Notes under the pieces: generated by a model
The model's database searches: none
What the model saw: only the letters and a program-made list of their open reading frames with translations
Told to the model about the DNA's origin: nothing
Source of the DNA: Octopus vulgaris
Lineage: Eukaryota
NCBI GenBank assembly: GCA_951406725.2
Contig: OX597818.1
Coordinates: 40,238,001-40,302,000, forward strand
Direction of reading: 5' to 3'
Length of the DNA: 64,000 nucleotides
Translations under genes and position numbers: made by a program
In this document: positions 50,427 to 63,335 of the stretch, one piece after another
Numbering within the stretch: the stretch's first letter is position 1
Layout: each line of letters starts with the position of its first letter

Positions 50427-50903
50427 TAATTCACACGTAGTCGATTTCGATCACTTATCTCCCCGAATCGATTTTATATCCATCCGCTACTACCAGTAAT
50501 ATATCGCGGTCGATTCATTCAACTGCTATTTATGACACAGTGTCACTGAGGGAAATCTAAATATATATCTTCCTCACAAAAATGGACGAAACAAACACGA
50601 AAGACTCTCAACAGAAAATCTATATATTTTCACTCCAATACTTTGTGACATTTCTGATATTTTTGTTCGCTGGTTTCATGTGTTTTGCATTATTTGTTTG
50701 TCAAATCGATTCGCTCCCTCCAATACCAAATGTTATGGGCACGTGTGAAATCCTGGATACATCAAACAAATAATATAATTCCTGTAAAAGTGTTGAGGGA
50801 TAAGATTGGAAAGAGAAAGAGTGAATCTGGAGAATTTTTCTTTGTCTTGCACATTTTGTATTTATAATCCTTTGCCTCCTCCCTCAAAATGATTTATCTT
50901 TCT

Positions 50904-50948
<45 letters not shown>

Positions 50949-51160
50949 ACACATACATACACATACACACATATACATATACACACATACAAACGTCTTT
51001 TCTGTTGGACTTCATTAACGACAGAAAATATACTCAACATCATAGTCAAATGAAATTGTGGAAGTTCCTGAGTAACAAGCGTCTGGATCAGCCAAAATAA
51101 ATCAATAAATATAATGTATATATATATATATATGATATAGCATAATATGAATAATAATAG

Positions 51161-51191
<31 letters not shown>

Positions 51192-51225
51192 TGTATGTAT
51201 GTATGTATGTATGTATGTATGTATG

Positions 51226-51275
<50 letters not shown>

Positions 51276-51434
51276 TATATGGGTACAAGACGTCACCAAC
51301 AGTAAACAACGTGAAATACGAAAACAAATGAGTTCAATACGTAAACAATGAGAGAAGCAAATGGAAAACAGGACAAGTAACATAAAGAACAACCCTTTAT
51401 CAGTTGTCGACTGTCTATCTACTCCTCATTTCGA

Positions 51435-51479
<45 letters not shown>

Positions 51480-51615
51480 CATACAAATCTTTGATTAGAG
51501 AACAAACATCAAATTCGGGCCAATGGCCTTATATAACCCCACGCTTCTATACATTTCATCATATACAAATGATACCATACCCTTCAACATATAAAAGAAA
51601 TATATATATATATAT

Positions 51616-52103
51616 ATAAGCAGCGAAGGTAAAAAAAATATATACGCACATATAAAAATACAAAATATATAGAAGTACCTGTCCGGAAAAAAGTATATAC
51701 AAATCGACCAAAATAGGTGATCAAAATGAATTACTAAAAAAATTTTTTTACCTCTCGATAAAAAATGTATCAAAAGAGTTTGTTTTTAAAAATGAAGCAA
51801 TCTATACGCCTTAACTCCCGAGATGGCCATAGATGTGAATTTTGACCTACCTTTCTTTTGGAGCTCTTTTACGCTCCTTGGATTCCGCACCTACCATGGC
51901 TTGCTTCCCTTTTAAAAACGAATTATTTTGATATATTTTTAATCGAGGGGTAAAAAATTGTTTTAGTCAATTGATATGTTCTAGTAATTCATTTTGATCA
52001 CCTATTTTGGTCAGTTTGTATTTACTTTTTCCGGACAGATTCTTCTATATATATTTGTATTTTTATATTGCATGTACTTATTTTTTTACCTTCGCTGCTT
52101 ATA
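51616..52103. repeat. Fold-back element: ~190-bp diverged inverted arms in a (TA)n context
   Basis: ataagcagcgaaggtaaaaaaa... (51616-51805) versus ...tttttttaccttcgctgcttat (51896-52103). Confidence 0.8.
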
Positions 52104-52257
52104 TATATATATTAATAAGTAGCTTGCTTACGAACCACATGGTTCCAGGTTCAGTCCCACTGTGTGGAACCTTGGGTAAGTGTCTTCTTCTACTATAGCC
52201 TCGGGCCGACCAAAGCCTTGTGAGTGGATTTGGTTGACGGAAACTGAAAGAAGCCCG

Positions 52258-52336
<79 letters not shown>

Positions 52337-52435
52337 TAATCCAAACATGAAAACACAAAGAGAAAACACAACAACGCGAGGTCGTGAAACAAGTATAGTA
52401 TTATTGGACGCTCAGGAAAGAAGGAACGAAGGAGG

Positions 52436-52470
52436 GTTTAACGTTTCGAGCGGAGTTCTTTGTCAGAAAC
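52436..52470 (-). ncRNA. Minimal hammerhead-like motif (one core change)
   Basis: Minus strand: gttt-CTGACAA-agaactccgctc-GAAA-cg-TT-aaac. Confidence 0.55.
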
Positions 52471-52799
52471 ATAGGAAAAGGAAAGATCCAAAGAAGGGAA
52501 GACGGAGGGAAAAAAATCGCCAACGGTACACACGCGGTCACATTTTGAATATATATATATATATATGTATGTGTGTGTATATGTTTGTGTTTCTGTGTTT
52601 AGCCGATGCTGGTGTGTTTACGTCCCGTAACTTAGCGGTTCGGCAAAAGACACAGATAGAATAAGTACTAAGCTTACAAAGAATTAGTCCTGGGGTCGAT
52701 TTGCTCGACTAAAGGCGGTGCTCCAGCATGGCCGCAGTCAAATGATTGAAACAAGTAAACGAGTAAAAGAGTACTACCTTGTTTTTCGTTTCATTTATT

Positions 52800-52835
52800 T
52801 CTTCTGAAGACGGACTAACATATGAAATGTCAAGA
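52800..52835 (+). ncRNA. Minimal hammerhead-like motif (stem II eroded)
   Basis: tctt-CTGAAGA-cggactaacatat-GAAA-tg-TC-aaga. Confidence 0.5.
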
Positions 52836-53233
52836 TACTCCATATATGACTCGTCGTTTCAAGTACTCATTTCAAGTGCTAAACTAATACCGTATTCTTC
52901 GTGTTTTGCTTTCTCCGTGCTATAACGGCTTTTCACTTTCCTTACAGTTACTCCTTGTGATGCATGACGAGGGGGCGGGAGAGAGTGGTGTGATTCTAGA
53001 GCTAATATATCAGTTAGAGTCGTGAATTTCACAATTCCTACTTTTGCATTTGAATATATAAATTAGTTCAGTCACTAGTAAATTAGTCACAGATTTACAT
53101 ACTAGTAGCATGTTAATAAAGTTGGATTAAAATTTTAGTAATTTCGTAGAACTTCATTAATATTTATGGTTTGTTGAAACACATTTTATATTGAGTTTTA
53201 TAAAGTTTTCGATATGCTCACCGTTTTAATTCC

Positions 53234-53349
<116 letters not shown>

Positions 53350-54065
53350 GTATGTATGTATGTATGTATGTATGTATGTATGTATGTATGTATGTATGTA
53401 TGTATGTCTGTCTGCCTGCAGGCATATATGTATATATATATATAGGGCAGCGGACTCGCGGTCGCAGGATTGCGGTTTCGATCCCCAGACCGGGCGTTGT
53501 GTGTGTTTATTGAGCGAAAACACCTAAAAGCTCCACGAAGCTCCGACCGACAGGGGGTGGTGACACCTGCTGTACTCTTTCATTACTCTTTCTCCCACTC
53601 TTTCTTCTGTTGGCCTGCTCGCTTAGCCAGCGGGGTGGCGTCATTCGAAGGCTAAAACAATGCGAACGCATTGTGACCAGCGATGTGTAACAACATCTGA
53701 TGGTCCGGTCAGTCACATGATGATGATGATGATATATATATACATATATAAGTTGAACTGTCTAAAGTCGTAAGACACCCGCTGTTTTTGTCCTATTATT
53801 ACTATTATTGTTTTTTGTATTTATATTCGTGTGGCATCGTCCGTTTTTCTGTCCTTGTTTCGTATACATTCGATCCTTTTTCCAAGAAATCTAATGCTCG
53901 TAGCTTAGTTTTTCCTTGGGGCTGGCCGGATCGGAGCGATCTCAAGATTAATCAGCCGAAATTGCGAGGATGATCCGGTTCTTGACTGAAGATTAGGGGC
54001 TTCGAATGACCCGTCCGTTTTTTTGTGTCGTCTCCTTGAATGTTTTGCGTTCTTGTCCCATTTTG

Positions 54066-54129
<64 letters not shown>

Positions 54130-54176
54130 CACACACACTCACACACACACGCACACAAATACACGCACGCACACAC

Positions 54177-54229
<53 letters not shown>

Positions 54230-54542
54230 TACAGAATTTATTGAAAATTGCTTTCTCACGTATTTATGGGCAAAACATTAGGTTTTACATTAGACTACAC
54301 TTCAATGAGACAAAACCTATAATAAATACAAGCGTGTACATAAATGCATACACATATACGCACATACACACACGCATCACACATGCGAATACACACACGC
54401 GTATATATTACACACATATACATATGTGTGTGTATGTATATGTATATATATACATATAAGTATATAAGTATATATAGATATGCATATCTATATACATATA
54501 CATACAGACACACACGCATATACATGTATATATATATATATA

Positions 54543-54573
<31 letters not shown>

Positions 54574-54593
54574 CTATCTATCTACCTATCTGT

Positions 54594-54665
<72 letters not shown>

Positions 54666-54671
54666 CTCTGT

Positions 54672-54741
<70 letters not shown>

Positions 54742-55059
54742 ATATATATATACATACACACACACACACACATATATAAATATATACTTCAAGAGAAGAA
54801 AAGAAACCCAATAAAGAAAACGCGAATAACAATAAAAACGATGATGATGATAATGATGATGGTGATGATGATAGTAATAATACTAATACTAGTACTACTA
54901 CTACTAATAATAGTAATAGTAATAGTAATAATAATAATAATAATAATAGTAATAATAATAGTAATAATAATAATAATAGTAATAGTAATAATAATAATAG
55001 TAATAACAATAATAATAATAATAACAATAATAGTAATAATAATAACAACAGCAACAACG

Positions 55060-55123
<64 letters not shown>

Positions 55124-55571
55124 GAAGAAGAAGAAGAAGAAGAAGATGAGGAAGAAGAGCAACAACAGCAACAATAATCTTGTACTAAGGAATGGAAAGA
55201 TAGAGGACACATAATCAGATTTGAACATATTTCCTTTATGTCATTTCAAACTTAGTGTTTCGCTGCTGAGGAAAAGCAACGGTTATGATATTTTACTGTC
55301 ACTAAGAAAGTAATTTGATCCTTGATGGAAGTTAGACAACTCCCTTAACTCAGAGTAGCGGGGGGGGGGGGATGAGATGGCAGTTGTACAACGGTGGGGA
55401 GTGGGTTCGATGAAAGGAGGAAAAGAAGAAGTAAATATATAGTAACTAAAATAGTAAATAAGATTACTATGATTCTCACCCCCCTTTTGCCCCCGCTTTT
55501 TATCTAGGCTTTTCTTTTATTTTTGGGACCTTTGATCAGTAACTTGAGACAAAGTTAACTTGAGGTTAAAT

Positions 55572-55614
<43 letters not shown>

Positions 55615-55624
55615 TATATATATA

Positions 55625-55676
<52 letters not shown>

Positions 55677-55959
55677 GATGGTGTTGTAGATTGATGGAGA
55701 GGGATAAAGAGAAACATGGAAGGAAGATGAAGAAAGAGGAAAGAGGTAAAAGAAAAGGTAGAAACGAAGAAGGACAAAATAGGTAAGACGAGTGAGAAAG
55801 TAGTGGCAACGTAGAGAGGGAAGTGAGAAAGGTAATATATATTATATGAGATATGAGAAGGAGGAAGACAAGAAGAGAGAGAGGAGAGAAAGCGAAAGTG
55901 GAGACAGAAAGAGAAAGTAAGAGAGAGGAAAGAAAGCGAAAGTAGAGAGAGAAAGAGAT

Positions 55960-56038
<79 letters not shown>

Positions 56039-56216
56039 AAACAGGAATATTTCATAGTGAAAGTCCGAACTGTATGATAATTTCTTCTGACACATCATTT
56101 CACTTTCCACATTTTACTTAAACAAAGAGAAATAAAGAAGAGCAACGACCCCCATCCCCACTAACATCGCCCAAAAAACAAACAACGGAAAAAAACAGGA
56201 AAACAACAGATGATGT

Positions 56217-56272
<56 letters not shown>

Positions 56273-57039
56273 TGGAAAAATTATCCTTTCAAAATAATAT
56301 CTCTTGTAAGAAGAATATTTCAAGAAATGGAATTATTCAGAAACCAAATACTGGATGCTCTTAGGTTTTATTCATTTATTCCTGTTTAAAAAGAAGAAAG
56401 GGTGGAGGAGAAAAAAGGAAAATGGGGAAAAAGGAGAAGGAGAAGAAGAAAAAAAGGAGAGAGAAAAAATGGTATCAACAAATTGTAAGAGGGACATTTG
56501 GTCTAATATTTCATTCCCTCGGGGTAAAAAAAAAAGAATGTTATTTTTTTGTTTGTTTAGAGTCGCATTGGTTTTTCTCTTATTTTTCTTCCTCGTTCAT
56601 GTTTATTAGCATCACAACGAGTTGGATGTTTTGGAGAGGAACTGAAGAGTATAGGAAGAGATTAGTAAGTTTAATATTCATGGTATTCAGAGCATAAATG
56701 ATGTTCATGCGTTTTCAACGAGTATTTGTCATATAAGTGAAGTGAAATAACTTTAACAGAAGATAGAAATTTATTTCGTGGACGATCCAGTGAGAGGATT
56801 TCTATGCAGTAACTTGTCATGTTAGAAATAGCAGCTGAATCTCCATCAAAGTGTACCCTATAACCATTACAGAAAGAAAATAAGACGTCGAATAATGTAG
56901 TAAATTGTCTGCTGAAAAAAATCTGACGGTATCTGTAAGATCAGGGTCGACCTAGGGTTAAACAATACCAGCAACAGCAGCAACAGTAGCTGCCGCCGCC
57001 ATCACACCACGACCGTCGTTCCTACCACAGTTACTGCCT

Positions 57040-57612
57040 ACGGCCGCTGCTGCCGACGCTGCCATCGTTACTGTTACCGCCCCCGCTGCCGCTGCTGCAG
57101 CCGCTGCCGCTGCCGCTGTTAACGCCGCTGCCGCCGCTGCCGCCGCTGCCGCCGCTGCCGCCGCCGCCGCTGCGCCGCCGCCGCCGCCGCCGCCGCGCGC
57201 GCTGCCGCCGCTGCCGCCGCCGCCGCCGCGCTGCCGCCGCTGCGCCGCCGCCGCCGCCGCTACCGCCGCTGGCCGCCGCTGCCGCCGCTGCCGCCGCTGC
57301 CGCCGCTGCCGCCGCTGCCGCCGCTGCCGCCGCCGCCGCCGCTGCCGCCGCTGCCGCCGCTGCCGCCGCTGCCGCCGCTGCCGCCCCTCCCGCCGCTGCC
57401 GCCGCTGCCGCCGCTGCCGCCGCTGCCGCCGCTGCGCTGCCGCGGCTGCCACCGCCGCCGCCGCTGCCGCCGCTGCCGCCGCTGCCGCCGCTGCCGCCGC
57501 TGCCGCCGCTGCCGCCGCTGCCGCCGCTACAGCCGCTGTCGCCGCTGCCGCCGCCGCCGCTGCCGCGGCTGCTGCTGCCGCGGCTGCCACCGCCGCCGCC
57601 GCGCCGCCGCCG
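57040..57612. repeat. GC-rich (GCC/GCT)n repeat, mainly the 9-mer gccgccgct
   Basis: Seen directly. Confidence 0.95.
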
Positions 57613-57699
57613 TGATGTCAAGGTTAGGGGAGTGCAAATGAATGTGGAAAAAAGTTAAGGAAAAGGATGAAGGTGGTCTGCTCTTGAGAGACGCCGATC

Positions 57700-58180
57700 G
57701 GCGAACAAAATGAAGAGAGTACTGGTGGAACATCCCAGAGAAACCTCAATAAAATGTAAGCACAATAGACCTGATATTATGATTTGGAACAGAGAAGAGA
57801 AACTGTGTACAGTTGTGGAAATCAGGTGTTCAGCGGATGTTTGCATAAAGCTGAAGATCAGTGGAAAAGGGAATAGCTACGCTAAACTATTAAGAAATCT
57901 GCAGTTACTCTATCCAGATTACGAGTTCAAGTTTAGACCTGTAATTATTGGGACCTTGGGCTATGTAAATCATTGCCTAAATAAAAATCATGAAAAATTA
58001 GGCTTCTCAAAACCAGAAAGGAAAAAGCTGATTCGAAGATTTCAGATCTAAGCCTTTGCTGGAACTGTAAAAATCTGTAAAACTTATTAGAAGTTTATTA
58101 TTTAAGTATATATGAAAATGTCTAGATATGCAACTATTTGCATAATGCATACATAAAGCAAAACATATAAACCTACACGA
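57700..58180 (+). mobile_element. 5'-truncated RLE-type non-LTR retrotransposon (second family)
   Basis: EYWWNIP/ETSIKCKHNRPDIMIWNREEKLCTVVEI...PVIIGTLG...GTVKICKT, with a frameshift and a stop; followed by (TACA)n. Confidence 0.8.
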
Positions 58181-58442
58181 ATACATACATACATACATAC
58201 ATACATACATACATACATACATACATACATACATACATACATACATACATACATACATACATGCATGCATACATACATAGATGCATACATACATACATAC
58301 TAACCGTATTTTTTGACTTACAAACATATACATCCAAACACACACCAACGTTAACACTTATGCACTCTGGTACATATCCATACACATCTATACATACATA
58401 CATAAATACATACATACATACATACATACATACATACATACA

Positions 58443-58476
<34 letters not shown>

Positions 58477-59439
58477 CATACACACACACTCTGTTTTTGA
58501 TGATGTTGAAATTCCAATGAAGAAGCCGGCTCTTTCTCTCTTGGCAAGAAATCTTGAAATAAAACTGAATAATGACACACACACATACACACACATATAT
58601 ACATACACATTCACGTATAGGTAGATATACATATGTAAGCATACACACACACACACACATATTCATACACATTCACGTAAAAGTAGATATACGTATGTAA
58701 ACATACACACACTCACATATATATAGCTATACTTTATTGATACTTACATTCACAAACTTACACATACACAGAAACACACATTATATATATACATATGGAA
58801 ATGCATACATACATATGTGTATGTATGTGTGTATGTATGTATGTATGTATGTATGTATGTATGTATGTATGTGCATGTTCATGTGTACATCTATCTATTT
58901 ATCTATCTATTTATGTATGTATGTATGTATGTATCTATCTATCTATCTATCTATCTACACACACACTCACACACACATACTGAGATATTGAAACAATTTA
59001 ATTAATTTTTATAAATTGCTTATCAGACGCTGTTTCATCAAATTGGTACGTTTGCACTAACCGTACTTTTTGATTCACAAACATATACATCCAAACACAC
59101 ACCAACGTTAACATTTATGCACCCTGGTACATATCCATACACATCTATACATATATGCACCCACACGCTGAGTCGCACAAAGTTTTGAAATGGCTGAAAC
59201 ATAAATATTGCCAAGTAACTACTTTATGTCATAGTGCTTTAAAATTAACAATGCAGTAATAAACTTGAGAAAGACAGTGAGAAAAGAGAGAGAGAGAGAG
59301 AGAGGGGGGGTTGAAAGACTGAAAAATTGAGAGAGAATGAGAAGTAAAAGGAGCGTGGAGAAAAGAGCGTGTCTTTAAAGATTAAAATTATAAGCTTAAA
59401 AAAGCATGATTAAACAAGTGCATCAACAAGAAAAACAAT

Positions 59440-59455
59440 AATATCAACAATAACA

Positions 59456-59496
<41 letters not shown>

Positions 59497-59570
59497 TAAT
59501 AATGATAATAATAATAATAATAATGATAGTAACAATAATAATAACAATAATGATGATAATAATGATGATG

Positions 59571-59610
<40 letters not shown>

Positions 59611-59618
59611 TAATAATG

Positions 59619-59664
<46 letters not shown>

Positions 59665-59738
59665 TAATAATGATAATAATGATAATAATAATGATAGTAA
59701 CAATAATAATAACAATAATGATGATAATAATGATGATG

Positions 59739-59778
<40 letters not shown>

Positions 59779-59786
59779 TAATAATG

Positions 59787-59832
<46 letters not shown>

Positions 59833-59834
59833 TG

Positions 59835-59868
<34 letters not shown>

Positions 59869-59885
59869 TGATAATAATGATGATG

Positions 59886-59925
<40 letters not shown>

Positions 59926-59933
59926 TAATAATG

Positions 59934-59976
<43 letters not shown>

Positions 59977-59981
59977 TGATG

Positions 59982-60012
<31 letters not shown>

Positions 60013-60098
60013 TGATAATAATAATAATAATGATGATAATCATAATAATAATGATGATAATAATAATAATAATAATGATAATAATAATAATGATAGTA

Positions 60099-60150
<52 letters not shown>

Positions 60151-60155
60151 TAGTA

Positions 60156-60198
<43 letters not shown>

Positions 60199-60203
60199 TA
60201 GTA

Positions 60204-60240
<37 letters not shown>

Positions 60241-60260
60241 TAATATCAATGATAATAATG

Positions 60261-60331
<71 letters not shown>

Positions 60332-60370
60332 GACGACGACGACGATGACGACAATAACAACAACAACGAC
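59440..60370. repeat. ~930-bp (AAT/GAT)n compound microsatellite
   Basis: Seen directly. Other large simple-repeat blocks at 42625-43120, 53233-53410, 54068-55150, 55577-56035, 58180-58980, 62883-62985. Confidence 0.95.
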
Positions 60371-61480
60371 AAACGAAGCAATAAAATCTAATGATATCTC
60401 ATGCATTGATTGAAATCTGGTGATATTGGAAACTTCAGACAATAAAGAGGAAATTTATGGCATCTAAATGAGGGTTTTCTTTTCCTTTCAAATTGTTTCT
60501 AGAACAATCGCAGTGGTTTAGGATATCGGCTGTAAGGAAGACGAGAGCTGCAGGATCATTTATTAGTACAAGACTAATAAAGTAATGGAATAAGAAAGAA
60601 AATGAAAAGTAGAAAAAAGAAAAAGGAAAAGAAATTACAAATGGTGGTTCTTGTCACGTGAAACATTAGGTGTCAAATACAAAACTAATGTTCGTAAAAG
60701 TGTGCTGGCTTTGTTAGTTTCGAATGACCTGTCATTATGAGATTTTGAATGTCATTTTTTTTCTATGAAGCAACATTAAAGCAATAATAAAGTTGTTAGG
60801 TGAGAGAGGTGGAGGCTTTTAAAAAGATTATTTGATTTGCGAAGATAAAAAATATATAAATACATAACGTGAAACAAATAACGAAGACAAATAAACAATT
60901 TAGATTAGTTTTTCTCACTAGGGGGGAAAAAATAGAAATTGAACAACAAAAATGTTTAAAACTTTTTTCTCCTTCTCTTTTTTCTAAATTTTAAACGATT
61001 AAGATTTAATAAAAGCCTGCCTAAGTATCTGGCGACCGGAAAAAATAAGTGTTGTTTCATAAATTAAGCATTATGTTATTGACAAAGAGGTAAAATAGAA
61101 AGATGCGGACAGAAATATTGATTTCTAATATTGGTAAATCGCGAGGAAAGGAATACGTATGGTCGATTATATCGATACGAGTATTTGAGTGATATTTATT
61201 TAATCAAACTCAGATTGAGAATACGTGGAGTCGATAGGCCGTATCAAGATTGGAATTAAGATCTTTAAAGAAGGTAATTAAATATTTCAGGAGAATCAGA
61301 AATAAATGTTATCTGAAATTATAAAAATCTGTATATTATGATAAAGTCTTATTCAGTAAAGGAGACAACCGTTTAAATTTGTTACTTCAATGTAAATATA
61401 AAGGAATCCTATGAAATATAAGAAGCCAACGTTTTTTGAATCACAAAGGTCTATAGAATACGTGGGCAACTATGGCTTAA

Positions 61481-62588
61481 CCCTTTCACTACGACTTTCA
61501 CACAATCAGTTTTTATTTAATTTTTTTTCCCATTTTCCGCTTCTTTAAACCTTCATTATCTGCCATAATGAAAATCTAAACTTTTTTTTTTATATCGCTA
61601 CATATGATTTTTGAAAGTGGGACAAAAATGTCTAATGAAAAAATACTTGGAACTATCCTATCCCAACAGTATTTCACATGCATGTTGAGCAAGTTCGGAA
61701 AATTACGGAAATAAAAATGAAATAAATTTTACAGTTTATTTCAAACGCAAAATGAAGCTACAATTGCTTTCTCATATAATATTTATTATAAATTACAATT
61801 ATTTTTTCTAATAACACTTATGAAAATTTATATATAATGACCCCTTCCAAATAATACTTATGAAATAATGAATAAACTTCTCTCCTCATATAATTATTAT
61901 GTAATTATGTAGTTTTTTTCTCTAATATCATACTAACTAATGAATATATTCCGTTTCTCGAATAATATTTACGAGAACAACCATGATTTATAAACACATG
62001 ATATGTGTGATATACTTTAAAACATTCGTCAATGCATAAAGGAATATTGCATTTCCGGTAAATGTATTGAGTCCTCCTTTCTTTGTTCGTCGAAGTACAT
62101 CAAGTACATCTTCTGCGACTCTTTTGTTTTACTGGCATATGACCACCTACATTCTAAATCAACTTTGAAGTCTTAGAAGGCCATCCGAAAGATCTCATTC
62201 TCTTTTGTGGAAAATTCGACCTTCCTGTCTCGATCAAACGTTCAGCTACATTTATTAAGAAATTTATAGGTGGTGGTTTCGAATGGTGAATTTCAAAGTG
62301 AATAACACAGTTGTTATCAGAAGCATGAAGAACACTTTAATCCACCATTTTCTACTTTTTCAATCCAAGTTCATACAGTGCTACCATTTGATCAGAGCAA
62401 TCTACTCCACTAACATATTTGTTATAAAAGATAATCGCTGTTACACATGTAAGCTCTTTCTTTTTTTCCATCCTACTCCTTTCGCTGTAACCCTGATTTG
62501 TCCCATCCCAAACCATTTTAAAGGAAGAAAATTCACTTTAATAAAAAACTTTTCTTGGGATACATGTGACCCGTTAGGAGCGAAGAGG
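61481..62588 (-). mobile_element. Internally deleted piggyBac element
   Basis: TTAA-ccc...gg-TTAA ends; minus strand encodes YNKYVSGVDCSDQMVALY...KWWIKVFFMLL and the Cys-rich C-terminus HMP...RRRC..C...RTQY..KCNIPLCIDECFKVYH. Confidence 0.82.
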
Positions 62589-62882
62589 TTAAGAAAATTT
62601 AAGAGAATGAAGGGACAAGTTTTTTCCTCGACAGGAGAGTGGACTGCTGCGTGTAAATATCGCCCAGGTCAACACTGAAGGAATTTTACTGAACATTGTG
62701 AACCAACCGGCAAATATTTTTGAAATCCTTCTTAATCTGATCAGCCTTTAACGAATATGTCTATCAAACATAGATCCTCCAAAGGATGAAGCGTACATAG
62801 CCTCAACCTCTCAGTTAAATGTGGTGTGGTTATATGGGCATATGGATATAACCAACAAAAGCACAGTGAGTAAAATTCATGA

Positions 62883-62984
<102 letters not shown>

Positions 62985-63167
62985 ACACACATTCAGAATT
63001 TGAGGAAGACATCTGAGAGATTAAATAACACTAACATATTCAGTAACAATAATAAATTTGATTTATCCTCGACAGTTTTTTGTTTTACCAATTTTGAATA
63101 TATCGCTCATATTTAAAACCTCTTACCTACTTAACAATTGCAATTCTAGCTCTGCCTTGAAGGAAGC

Positions 63168-63335
63168 TTTACTTCTTGGACTCACGTTTCTGTGCACAAC
63201 GATGTTGTTAAACTTCCACTAACAGCATCGTTTGCAGGTCCTTTCCGTTTTCTTTCACGTACGGATAAATTTTTCCCTATAGATCTTAATGGTCGTAAAG
63301 ACACTATATCAGTGGATAGACTAATAAAGAGCCTT
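63168..63335 (+). mobile_element. Gypsy LTR-retrotransposon integrase C-terminal relic
   Basis: WTHVSVHNDVVKLPLTASFAGPFRFLSRTDKFFPIDLNGRKDTISVDRL (GPF/Y module). Confidence 0.75.

Noticed and set aside
51280-51437. (TA)n-flanked insert with CTGATAA on the minus strand
   Set aside because: No downstream GAAA or stem III.
53746-54065. (TA)n-flanked insert containing CTGAAGA and GAAA
   Set aside because: Could not build consistent stems I-III; possibly a Penelope-like fragment but not supportable as a hammerhead.
56958-57621. Poly-Ala / Gly-Ser / Arg-rich ORFs
   Set aside because: Result of a stop-free triplet repeat; no splice or domain support.
59410-60442. 300-aa poly-Ile/Leu ORFs; likewise the YI/HT/VC-repeat ORFs at 42.6-43.3, 54-55.2 and 58.0-59.0 kb
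   Set aside because: Microsatellite translations.
62283-62678. 131-aa plus-strand ORF
   Set aside because: Antisense to the piggyBac relic; no recognisable domain.
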